Shown here: piece by piece, positions 38,501-49,936 of the stretch
How the letters are laid out: each line of letters opens with the position of its first letter
Position numbering within the stretch: the stretch's first letter is position 1
NCBI GenBank assembly: GCA_030167865.1
Contig: JALAGF010005397.1
Coordinates: forward strand, 1 to 64,000
Direction of reading: 5' to 3'
Length of the DNA stretch: 64,000 bases
DNA from: Craspedostauros australis
Lineage: Eukaryota
Position numbers and translations under genes: made by a program
Notes under the pieces: model-generated
The model's input: only the letters and a program-made list of their open reading frames with translations
Database searches by the model: none
What the model was told of the DNA's origin: nothing

Positions 38501-38786
38501 AGAAGCCGGTCTTGCGCGAGGGCTTGCTTTTGCTCTTGCCGTTGTTGCTGCTGGCGCTGTCGAAGCTGTAGCTGTTCTCATCAGCTCCATTGGGACACAC
38601 GCGGATGATGTAGTCTGTCTCGACTGCCATGCCTCCACGGATTCGGTAGTGATCCAGATCCACCACGTTCGCTGTGACCTTGTGATCCAGCAGCGACATG
38701 AGCAGCGGGCTCTTCATCCTTGTGATGGGGCGCTTGGCCTTCTGCTTGGATCCCGTTCTGGGCGAAAGCGCTCTTGCGGATGGCAT
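35561..38786 (-). CDS. EDR2 C-terminal (DUF1336) domain protein with an N-terminal PX-like region and a central TM pair, 3 exons
   Basis: Exons 38786-38262, 37878-36533 and 36191-35561 (833 aa). EDR2_C motifs FHVRGAKYLSDRKK, GVDLF, FIINFRLP, LKIVPIVVEGPWIVK, KPAILG, YLEADLDIVSS, LDLGFVVQG, ELPEQML. Confidence 0.85.
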
Positions 38787-40367
38787 GGTTGCGTGGTGCC
38801 CTGCCCTGCCCTGCCGTATGGTGCTTGCTACTTGCTACTTGCTGTGTCGGTGAGTTGCCAGCGGTTCGTGATATGCTGAAGCTATCTCCTCTCTTGAATT
38901 ACGCACAGATCGTGCCGCTCGTGCTGTTTGTTGCACGATTCGGGGGCTTGGCTTGGTGCTCCGAATGGTGAGTGTGCGATGGAGATGCTGGTGGGAGTCA
39001 CGGAACGTCGCCAACTTTGAGCGGAGCCAAGGAGGCGACGCGAACCTGAGGAACTGCTCCTGTGGTCTACTACTACTGAAGAGACGTGTGGGCAGTGTAT
39101 TGCTAGGAGTCTCTCTCGCTCTCGCTCTCTTCCTGATGCAAGAGTATGGAGCAGGAGGTATTGCGCAACACAGGACTGGTGGGGTTAGGTTCTTGCTGGT
39201 TGTTGGAGAGCGGCTGTCTTGTCTTGTGCAAGGCTCAATTGGCCACAAGGTCGACTATGTGTGGGAGTAGGTCTGTTGTGTTGCAGGTACTCGCACAAAT
39301 GATTCTTCCGATGGATCCATGAACGCGTCCTTTGCGGTCCCAACAAGACGCGACAAAGGAGGCAATTGGCTTTGCGAACTGGTACAAGAACACGAAGACA
39401 CAACAGGGGAGGCGAAGCGCCACGCCTCCTTTGTCGCAAACCAGGGGTGCACACAAACAAGCATCCTTGCTGTGGCTACTCCTACCAGCACCAGCGCTCC
39501 TCCTCAGACGCGAACCCGTGCGCGCGACGTGCTCTGCACAGAGTTCGGATACTGGCGCGCAAAGACAAGGCAACCACACCACACCAAACAACGGAACCGA
39601 TTTGAATTGTGGTTGTATTCCGGAACTCCCTCAGCTCTTCAACAAATTCAAAATCTGGTTGCTCGTGGGATTCGACCACGTGGACCAAGCTATCATCATC
39701 CCTAACAAGACTGAACAGAAGGAGTGTTGTTGATGGGCTTTCGCAAGACTCCACACAGACAAAGGTACCGGGATCGGTCGAACGCCAGACAAACAACGAC
39801 GATGTGAGGCAGACTTCATGAATCAACAGTCATTGGATCGATTGGATCGGCGATGACCGTGGCGAGGAAATTAGCGCACAACCCGTTCACATCTTTTGGC
39901 TTTCGCTTCGCATTTCGCGTGCTTTTGTGTGTTGTGGAAGCGCGCTGATTCGGCTGCGCATGGTACTCGTGCACGTACGTGCGAGTACTCGAATGCGTGT
40001 GGGGTGGCAACGATGGCAGATCTTAGCGACGGGACGCGAAGCAATTCTCTTTCGCTGTTTCTGCCTGCGATCCTTGTGGGGTGCCTGTGTGGCTGTTCGT
40101 GTCAGATCCAGCGCTGATGGGACATCAGAACCCAACCGTACGCCAACGAACAGGACATCGCCGCACGAGCAGCACAGCACCACCCAAGAAGAAAGAGAAA
40201 GTGAAGAGACTGCCCAGACACATCGTCACCATCACTTTTTGTCGTTTCATCGCCGCCAGTTGCAAACATATTTTACGTCGCATCGCTCGTAGCTCACCTA
40301 TCGCTCGCACGCTTCCAACCACAGCCACAACTGTAAATACGCTGCCCTTCTTCCATCCACGTTCATC

Positions 40368-41021
40368 ATGAAGATCTACCAACTGTACAGCCTGACAATC
40401 TGCCTCATGGCATCCCTTGTGGCCGCCCAGGAGGGAGGCGCCCCAGACTGCGCCGCCGCATGCGAGGCCAAGGTGGGCGAGGCATGGTCCAGCGCCAACG
40501 GCGAGATCGAGGGCCTCAAAAACGAGATCAACGCCCTTCGTGGACAGCTGGAGGAGGCGCAGCGCGCACGCGATGACCTTCACAACTCCCGCGAGGAGGT
40601 CCAGCGCAACCTCAACGGTGTCACGGAGGAGAAGGACAACCTCGTACGTGCCCGCGACGACGCCCAACGCGCGTTGGAGGCCGCCAACAACGACAAGGCC
40701 GCCGTGGAGCAGCAGCTTGGCGAACTCGGCGGACAGCTCGAGGCCGCCAAGTCGGCAGCCACCGGTGCCCAGGCCAAGGCCGCCAACCTGGAGAATGAGA
40801 TCAGCTCCAAGGCGGCTGCATTCGACAAGGAGTTGGCCTCCAAGACCGCTGCACTGGCTGCCGAAAAGGCCAACGCCAAGGCTGCGCAGGATGAGGCGGC
40901 AGCCGCCGATGCCCAGGCCAAGAAATTCACCGAGACCCGCCTCCTCATCAACACACCTCTCATACAGAAGGACGTCAAGGATTTCCTCAAGAAGCTCGGA
41001 ATCGGCAGCAAGGAACTGTAA
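40368..41021 (+). CDS. Secretory-pathway coiled-coil protein ending in SKEL
   Basis: 217 aa. Signal peptide MKIYQLYSLTICLMASLVAA, CxxxC, long Ala/Glu/Lys heptad region, very strong codon bias, C-terminal -KEL. Confidence 0.82.
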   Translation: MKIYQLYSLTICLMASLVAAQEGGAPDCAAACEAKVGEAWSSANGEIEGLKNEINALRGQLEEAQRARDDLHNSREEVQRNLNGVTEEKDNLVRARDDAQRALEAANNDKAAVEQQLGELGGQLEAAKSAATGAQAKAANLENEISSKAAAFDKELASKTAALAAEKANAKAAQDEAAAADAQAKKFTETRLLINTPLIQKDVKDFLKKLGIGSKEL

Positions 41022-42619
41022 ATTGTGGATCGTTCGATGGTGGACACCTGGGTGGCTTCGAACGTGTGATATATACTCGTGCAAATGCCTCAACCGAAAG
41101 AAGGTGGACGGATCGATGCCAACAATGTTTGCAATCATCAATCCTGATCACATCCGTTCTCTCGCATGAAGGCAAACATGAAGGCAAAGGAACATGATGG
41201 AGTACGAGTGGAGCACCGCTGTGTTCTGCATTCTATGCTGCTCCTGCGTCACACGAATGGTAGAATGGAGTATGGACTTGACCATACTGTGTCACATCGT
41301 ACCACATCATACCAAATTATACCCCACCATACATACTCGTATTTCGCAAACTGTCTAAAGAGCATTCCTTGCCGAGTGTGATACGTAATTAATCATTTCA
41401 TGTCGGAAGAAATAGAGACAAAGCTCACTGGACGGGTCTTGTGGGCTTCCTCTACGTTCTCTTGAACAAGCAATAGATTACATTGTCACATTCGTTCACT
41501 GAGCAAATCGGAAATGGAATCACTCTAAGATTGCTCTGCTCTGCCCTATGCATGGTCAGCGCAGAAGTCAACGTCCTGAAGGCGGCCAAGCAGTGACGGA
41601 CCATCATCGTATTGGTATGCATGCGTACTTGAACGACACGAGTACATACATCTTAGTGCTGCCGGTGAATGACCAAGTTCTGTACTTGGAACGAGTTGCG
41701 CAGCACCTCTTCCCGCTACTCTCCTCATCGATCATGATACCAGGGCTCCTGCTCTACAATATGTGCCATCTGGCGGTCGTACTCATTTGTACCATAGGTA
41801 TCAGCATGCTGAATGTACGAGCAGTTGCGGAAGTACCATAATACCCTTCTATTTGGCTTACATAGGGTAAACTTGAATTCGCCTCGAAGATCTTTGCTTG
41901 CCAGCCGTTTGCTCCACCGCGTTCAACACAGATGGTGACCAGACAACGACAAGAATGGAATACATGACACTCTTTCCAAAGGATCGAGTGTTGTAGCATG
42001 ACACCATGGTACGAGACCATACTGTGTCGCATCTTCTCAACGTTGACGACATGCAGGCAGACGAAACGTCCAGTTGGCTTCTTTCTTCACTTGATCAGCT
42101 TCCGTCATGGCAACTGTCGCACTTCTATCGTTCGCCCCACCATTTGAGTTGGCGCGGAACGAGGGAGGAACGGGTGCATTGACGGAAATGCCACCATTCG
42201 TCAAAGACTGGAGCTTGCACTCGCACTTGTACTGGCACCGGTACCATCACCACTGCGTGCGAATCTCGATGCGCAGCTTTGGATCAATCTGTAGAGAAGT
42301 GGAGTAGAGCATTCGCACAAATACCTACGAAGTCCACGAGGGAGCCTCAGCTCGTCTCTCTCTTCTCTTTGCCATCATCTCAACTGGATGGATTGTTCCC
42401 ATCTTCAGAAGAAGTGGTTCATGCACAATCGCACTTGATATCTCGAGGGAGGGCCGATCCAAAAATGGTGGTGCGGGCGTGCCGGAAGCGCAGCGTCTTC
42501 TTCTCCAGAATGAACCGAGGCACCTGGCTGTGCAGCAACCGCTCAAATTGTCGCCTTCGGATCCGCAACTTGGATCGTTCGCTGTCTTCTTCAGCTTGCC
42601 ACCGTTGCAGTTGCCCAAG

Positions 42620-43937
42620 CTACGACGAGTTCTCCATCGTGATGAAACCAGGATTGCCATGAGAATCAAGAGGATTCGTTATCCTTCTCGGGTCCAACGC
42701 CCCGTGCGTAGAAACGGTGACCAAACCTGATGGTGTCTTCGCATGACCGTGATGGACGGCGTTGGTATCATCAACCCCTCCCATCGTGGTTTCGTAGTCT
42801 CCAGCATAGCACAGAAAGAGCAGTATGGCGAATATGGTGTAGAGTGCCGATAGGAACATGCACATGACCGCCAGTATCGTTGCTATCCGCTCCACCTGGT
42901 ACTTTTCGTCAGGCTCAAAGTTGAAATCGTCTTTCTCATCTTGATTATCCTCTCCAAAGTTGTGTACCTACGTCCCCGCATGTGGACATGAGATTGCACG
43001 AATTGGCGTATCATTTCCAGATGGTCCGTACGAGTACGCATACACGGTTCGGGTAGATGTGGTGGTGGTTGTGGGTGTATTGGTGAAGCAAAATGGTAGA
43101 GCAAGTGGAGTAGCAGGCAAGGGAAGGGAATAGTTGAGTGTGATGTTCATTTTCATTGCCACTGTCGTCGTCAACACAGTCGGAATACATGACTATATGA
43201 TGAGCAACACTCCGCAAACTCATTCGATATGGATCAACAGCATGGACTGACGTGTGCCCGCGCCTATGCTTGTGCCCATCGCATGATTCCCCCTCAATTG
43301 CTGCTCGAGTCCCAGCCCCAGTCCCAATCCAATTCAATCCAGTGCACTCTCTCTCGAGATTGCGCTGCTCTACTCCAGTTCGATTCATTGCAGCTGGACT
43401 CACCCTGACTTCTCCTAATACCACCGCGCACACCAGGAGGAGATTCGCAAAGACGACGATCGCCCCGCCGAAGATTCCCAGCTTCATCATGTCCTGATCG
43501 GAAGAGAAGCACGGAGCGATGTAAACACCACGTAGCGACATGAAACCCACGATGGCCGTGGATCCGTACAACGACAATCCCACCGCCAGCAGCATCGTGC
43601 CGACTCCGACGAAGGTGAGCGAACGCGCTGACATGGTCGCCAGCATGATGTAGGCCTGCCCTTGCATTCTGTACTGATCGGCAAGCGCCTCATCCTGCGA
43701 GTTCCGATGCTCCTCTTCGTCTTCGTCCTCATCCTGCTGGTTCTGATAGAGTTGCTCTTGGTACCAGTCGTCATTATCGTACTCGTTCTGTATGCGATTG
43801 TACCGAGTGTGCGTCTGTATGATGAAGGACGTCGCCGTGAGGAACGCAAGCAGCGTCATGAGCGTTGTCATGGTCCATGTCAACGCCACCATGGACCGTT
43901 TGTCCGGCAGGAAGTTGCCGCAGATGGATTGCGTCAT
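42620..43937 (-). CDS. Four-TM membrane protein of unknown function with acidic loops, 2 exons
   Basis: Exons 43937-43404 and 42967-42620 (293 aa; GEVR|VHNFGED). Four hydrophobic helices; D/E/N/Q/Y-rich loops after TM1 and TM3. Confidence 0.78.
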
Positions 43938-45569
43938 GCTGGTGCTGCGTTGCTTCTCCTCGCGCTTGTGCTGAAGATTCGAACGAATGCAGCGATGGAC
44001 GGGATGAGATGATACGAGCACTCGACTATGCCTTGTCGGCTTGGCTTTGGCTATCGACTTGGCGCTCTGCGTACGTCCAGGTACTGCTCGAATCGCACTT
44101 CACTGCAGAGTCGACTGTTCGATCTCCTGAACTTCTTCGTGAAAAGGGGACGTGAAGAGCAGAGCAAAGTCCTTGCTTGAGCTGCTCTCGAGATGCCGTT
44201 GGCCTGCTTTGAAGGTGTTTCTGTTGGTTTGTTCGGCCTTCGTTGATGGGCTTCAGATGGACGGAGACTGATGCCTGTACGAGTCGAGCAGGTGTAGACA
44301 AGAAGCGTGGATGTTCGGAGGAGGTCACCACGTCGATGCTGCAAGTCGGAAGAAGGACGAATGTCGGTGGCGTGGGTGAGGCTGTCGACACGGATGCTGA
44401 TTCTGATGTTTCCTCGTGAGAGCATTGCCGCGTTCGTCGTCAGATGGCCGTTTTGTCTGTGTGTGGTGGTTGCATGGCGGTCTCGTGTGTGTGCGTCCAT
44501 TTCGGTTGGTTTCCAATCCGATGAGCGCCGGCAACTTCGCGTGGTTGGCAAGATCGGCGCCCGCCGTGTCACATGACCCATCAACGCTTGCGTGACCCGT
44601 AAGGCGACTTTCGCGTTTTGAAAACGTGGCCGTCATGCGACACAGCGACTGTCTCAGAGACATGTAGTAATTATTTAAGATCAAACCAATGCGTGTCGCA
44701 TGCGCTCAGAATTAACGGACAAAGAGCAACAGAGCAGGGCGACGACTTGATACCACAACGCGAACGACAAGCGGCACAGGAGCGACGAGCCACGAACTGC
44801 GAGTTACTCGTGCGCCACAGAACTCAAACAGAGTGCGATACTCTCGAGCATCGGGGCTGTTGCGGTACAATTGCGTTCCAGAGGGTATGGAGCTCGGAGC
44901 AAAGCAAAGCACAATAGAATAGAATAGAGCAGAAGAGAGTACTGTCATATTTGTTCATTTTGCCCAATGATTTACGAATCGAGTGTTGCGGTGATGGGAG
45001 TCAAGCAATGCCATCCGCGCCAACAGCGACATTCGAGGAGCACATCCGTACGTGGGCACGTATAATACATGGAATGGAAACAAAGCTGGCTTTCCTTTGA
45101 TATCTCTCGCTCGCTCTCTTCCATGAAAGCATCCGGCATGTTCGAGCGATGTCACGAAAGTGGAGACGGGGGAGATGGACTTGCTTCGCGCCATGAGCAC
45201 GTAGTACTGCCATAGCCCCTCCCGATCCTTTGCTTTTCGCCAACGATACAAATCTACAGAGCCACCAACACAAACATGTTGTGCTGGATCCACCAGTCTC
45301 AACCAAGATACCGAGAGTTGGACCGCATCGCTGTGGTGTGATTGCGACGCAACAGCCAGTCGATGTGCCAACAACCACAGGTTCAAGTGCAAGCGCAAGC
45401 ACAACCAAGTACCTGGTTTCATGTACACAGTGAACGCCTACGCCACGACGCACAAGATATATGAATACGATCGTGCAAGACGCAAGAAGTGACGCGCCAT
45501 CCTCTGCGACCAGCACCAGCACCCTCGCATCTCATCGGATTCAGGTCGTCAGCATCGTGACAGCGCGGG

Positions 45570-47279
45570 ATGGAGTCGTCCAGTTTCTGCGCCAGAAGAC
45601 TGATGCTTGTCCCAATCGGCTTCCTTGCGACGATCCATGCCGCAGCAGCCTTCCAATCGCATGTGGTCACGAGAAAGTCGCGACATGCTGCGATTGCTCG
45701 AAGCTCTGACGCAATTCATGAACATCGCGGGGACCTGCATCGGCCGCTGAAAGCTCAAAAGAGAGACATGCAAGCAGTGCTTGATTGGGCCACCGACAAC
45801 GGTGTCCAGTTTCAGAATGGGTGCCACGTAATGCCGTCGTCTTCGTCATCGCTGTCAATTGAAACAACTACTCCGCTGCAACAAGGCGACAGAGAATCCC
45901 ATGTGAACAATCTCGTCAAACCTTCTGGCGCTGACGCAGCTGCCGCTGCGGGTACCGCCATCGCGAACAGCATGACAAACAAGAACGGAGAACATGATGA
46001 TGATGACGATGACGATGATTGGTGCGTAGTGTGTCGAAATTCATTGCAGATTGGCTCAGTGGCGCTCACTGTGCCAAGATCCATCGTGTTATCATCGAAG
46101 ACGATCGAACGCCAGATCGGGACCGAGATCTTGCTTCCGGCGTTCGACTGCTTAGAGAGCGCCAAATGTTCCAATCTGCAAGGCCAATTCGTGCTGTTCC
46201 TGCAACTCTTGAAGGAGATGGAAGCGAAGGAAGATAGTTTGTGGCATCCTTGGTTGCAATCGTTGCCAACCTCATTCGACACTGCGTTATTCATGGATGA
46301 AGTCGAAATGGAGCTTCTCGCGCCATTTGCATTCGCGTTGGCAGACCTGCAGAAGCGTCATTATACCATTTTCCGCGAATCGTTGCAGAAGATGAAGGCA
46401 ACCAATCATGATGATGGAACTGCAACAGATGCCAACAATACCGGCGATCATGGTGGCTACCTATCCAAAGCAACATCGCAGGATGAGAATCTGCTCAAGC
46501 TGGCTTACAGCATCGTCTTCTCAAGGAGCTGGCAAAGAGAGGGATGTGATGAAGACGGTTGCTCCGACATCTGCCCTTTGGGTGACATGTTCAACCACGC
46601 CACGCCATCCAATGTGGTGGCCCGGTACTCATCTGATGAATGCATCGACTTTGTCATATCGGAACCTATAGCGGGGAGCGAACGCAATCCGCAGCCTCTG
46701 CATTTGTCGTACGGATTTCCAACGAACCCCTATCGCTTTCTCTGCATCTTCGGTTTCGTGGACGAGTCGCAGCCGGAGATATTCATCCAGGTGCTCTTCG
46801 CCAATCCGACCCCAGAGCACGTTGCTCTCGGATGCAACGAACGCACGGAGATGGTGTTCCGCGCTTCCGACGGTCTTGTCGCGGATGCTGTTTGGGACTG
46901 TGTGCTGTACGCCATCTTGGAACAGATTCCGGAGCATCAGACGGCGTTTTGGAAGGCGTGCCGTGACAACGATGCGCAGATGAGGGCACGGTTCCACGAA
47001 CGATACAGGCTGGAGGTATGTATGACGTTGCGCAAGCACGTGGCGCGTTCCTGTTCGGAGTTTGCAACGCTGGTACAGAGAGGTGCGCAGATCATGAACG
47101 GCCCCACCTTCGTCGCGGCGCAGCATCCGATTCTACCCAAGATCCAACAACAAAATGAGTTCCTACTGCGCTCTTTCTCCAAAGTGACGGCGTTGGTGGA
47201 TACATTGATCCAGGAGGAACTGGCGAAACGACGGACGGCGGAGGGCGGGGCTGGGAAACAGCAGAGCAGTGGAGCGTAG
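45570..47279 (+). CDS. Plastid-targeted Rubisco-LSMT-like SET-domain lysine methyltransferase
   Basis: 569 aa. Signal peptide ends AAA-FQSH. Motifs WATDNGV, LTVPRSIVLS, SLWHPWLQSLP, VFSRSW, CPLGDMFNH, LSYG...FLCIFGFV. Confidence 0.85.
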   Translation: MESSSFCARRLMLVPIGFLATIHAAAAFQSHVVTRKSRHAAIARSSDAIHEHRGDLHRPLKAQKRDMQAVLDWATDNGVQFQNGCHVMPSSSSSLSIETTTPLQQGDRESHVNNLVKPSGADAAAAAGTAIANSMTNKNGEHDDDDDDDDWCVVCRNSLQIGSVALTVPRSIVLSSKTIERQIGTEILLPAFDCLESAKCSNLQGQFVLFLQLLKEMEAKEDSLWHPWLQSLPTSFDTALFMDEVEMELLAPFAFALADLQKRHYTIFRESLQKMKATNHDDGTATDANNTGDHGGYLSKATSQDENLLKLAYSIVFSRSWQREGCDEDGCSDICPLGDMFNHATPSNVVARYSSDECIDFVISEPIAGSERNPQPLHLSYGFPTNPYRFLCIFGFVDESQPEIFIQVLFANPTPEHVALGCNERTEMVFRASDGLVADAVWDCVLYAILEQIPEHQTAFWKACRDNDAQMRARFHERYRLEVCMTLRKHVARSCSEFATLVQRGAQIMNGPTFVAAQHPILPKIQQQNEFLLRSFSKVTALVDTLIQEELAKRRTAEGGAGKQQSSGA

Positions 47280-47780
47280 AGTGGAGTAGATCTCCACGCA
47301 GTCTAGAGTATAATATTATCGAGGAGATGGAGTAACAGCGCTCCTGTGGGTTCTTCACGTTCTCGTTCTTCGTTTTGGCGCCAAAAAGCCTGTCCGGACC
47401 ATGATTGACCTTCATGCCTGTTTCGTCTCTTCGTCGCGAGTTCGTGTTGTGCACATCGTTTCTCATCGTCGACACAAAAAGTACGACAGACAACACTCCA
47501 ACACTCTGTGCACTCCACTCGCCGAGTACGAGCAACGAGTATTTGTGCTCTGTTGCTGTCGGACCCTCACCTTCTATCAGCAAGCATCTACTCATACTCA
47601 TTGTACTAGTCGTACGACACCCTGAAACAACAGTGGAGCCTTGCGTTCGGCATCATCCCCCACGATTCGCACAGGCATCAAATGACCAGCAGAAACGACA
47701 ACGACAACCACACGATACTTGCGCAACTGCAGCGCTGCAGCACAGCGAACCCGGACGCGTAGGCGCACTCTGCAGTGGGC

Positions 47781-49350
47781 ATGATGATTCGACAGCAGAT
47801 GAAACGGAGGAGGCCCGCGACGGCACGCTTCGTTGCGGCGGTGGGAGGCATCGCGATATTTGTCGCCGCATGCGCTTGCAGAATCAGCCGGAACAGCATC
47901 CGCATGGACCTTGCGACGGTCACAGGCTTGGACGATGGCACTGGAAGTGGTCCGCGCAACAACATCACAGTTGCCTCAACGTCGGCGTCAGCATCAATGT
48001 CGTCTATTCTTGGAGCCGTCCCAACCTTGGGACGGAGCGAGGCAGCCGCAGTCATCTTGGACAATCGAGACATGTTGTTGCAGTCGTTGAGGAAGAAGCT
48101 GTCGCCAAAGTTCTGGAGGAACGCCACACGCAGCAGTGCCAAGGTTGAAGAGGAAGCAACACAAAGGCGACGTATCGAACCGCATCAGTTCATTCATCTG
48201 CACAACATGAAGACGGGTGGAACATCAATCGACAATATGATCAAATGCGCGCTCAATCGGTTGAGAACGGACTTCGACTACATCGTACTATCTCACAGCA
48301 TTCATGAATGCAATCCCCACAAGTACAAACAGTGCAGAGCTGGGACAGACCACCGCGGTTGCCTGACCAAGATCAATGCGGCGGCTGTACTGAGCTACTG
48401 TGCGCCACTCGGCGACCTTCCCAGATTCCCGTTCCTGCCTGTGGACCAAGCAACGTCCGGCACCGCCGACAGGCATTCAGCATCAGCGGCGTCTCAGGCG
48501 CACGGAGGACAGAGCGGAGAGGCCATTGCCGATACTTCGGTAGCGGTTACAATGCAAGCAGCGCATCATTTTGATGAGCGGGATGAGAGGTACCAGTCGA
48601 TAACCGTGCTGCGGCATCCTGTCGATCGGGTATGGAGCATGTACAAGTTCGTGCCGTACGACTGTTACTACTGCGAGAACCTCACGCAGGTGTACGATGG
48701 GATGGACAATGGCAACGTCAATCCGCGCATCGATCAGCATTGTTTGGATCAGCTGTAAGTTGCCATGTCGCCACACGTACTGTCCATTCGCCAATTCTGC
48801 AATCTCACATTGCCCCCAACCCACCAATCCTTTCTTGGCATCGCTGTGGCTGATCCATCCGTTGGTCGAGGGTCTATGCGATTCTCGACAATACAATCCC
48901 ATGCAATGCAATCCTATACAAAACATACACACATTGTCACACTCCGATAGAGACAATCACATGGTGACGAATATACTCCCGCCAGACTTCCCAGAGAATG
49001 CCAGTGATGAAGAGAAGGTGAAGAGCGCGATCACCAACATGATCACATTCTTTGATGTCGTCGGGGTGACGGAGCAGCTATCCACCACGGCAGACATGGT
49101 CGGCCACACCTTCCCTTGGCTGAGCGAAACAGTCCCCGGCAGCGACATCGCATGCCCTTTGCCACATGACAACGCAAGTCCCAAGTCGAACCATTGCGGC
49201 AAAGACCACCAAAGTCATGTTGATTTTGGAAAGCACCCGGATGCGGCGACACGGAGCGCGATCGAGGCACACAATCAGCTTGACCTGCAACTGTACGAAG
49301 CAGCCGTGCAGTACTTCGAGCTGGAAAAGCAAGTTCTTGGAATTCGCTAG
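47781..49350 (+). CDS. Type II membrane sulfotransferase-family protein, paralog 1, 2 exons
   Basis: Exons 47781-48754 and 48951-49350 (457 aa; QL|DNHMV). PAPS-binding motifs FIHLHNMKTGGTS and TVLRHPVDRVWSMY, then VGVTE and NQLDLQLYEAA. Confidence 0.85.
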
Positions 49351-49936
49351 AACAGGTACGGATAGAGCTAGGCGGAATGCGATCGCGACGATGAACTTAA
49401 AGCGCCTTCGAATACCCTGCTTGCCCTGGTGAAGATTCGCATTGCACACAGCAAACTAATGATGGCATTAGGACGACGCATACACCTGCGTGCACCACGT
49501 ACAGCTCTCTCCACAGTCATCTTGGGAGGGATGGATGCAGCATGCGGGATAGAGCTCGCACACAACGACAGAAGATCGATGTTCGTCGACGAAGCAAGGC
49601 CTCAGGACTTCGGCCACACTGTTGCCACCCATCACGGAATAAATCGAGCCGCGAGTAGGCTGTTTGTTAGTCCCGCCTCAGCCCAAACACTAACCAAATC
49701 TCGAGGCCCCTTGTGCGTGGCGGTCTTTTCTTCACTGGAACGATGCCTTTGCTTTTCGGTGTGCACAGACAACTGTGTTTGGATGTTCGACGCGATGTTG
49801 GTTGCGAAGAAAGGGGCCAAAACTGAGACATCGAGAATTCAAGGAGCACCCGTGAAAGCACACAAAACTGCGAACCCGAAGGATCAGAAAGGATCAAAGA
49901 AAGCAAGAAAGAACGCAAGAAAGTAAGAAAGAAGGG

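Noticed and set aside
40125..41141. 338-aa antisense ORF; likewise 21828-22850, 13171-13890, 7186-7920 and 274-1053
   Set aside because: Shadow ORFs opposite codon-biased real genes, with no recognisable motifs.
41030..42610. Possible decayed gene or transposon in the 1.6-kb convergent spacer
   Set aside because: Only short ORFs; no terminal repeats and no RT, integrase or transposase motifs recognised.
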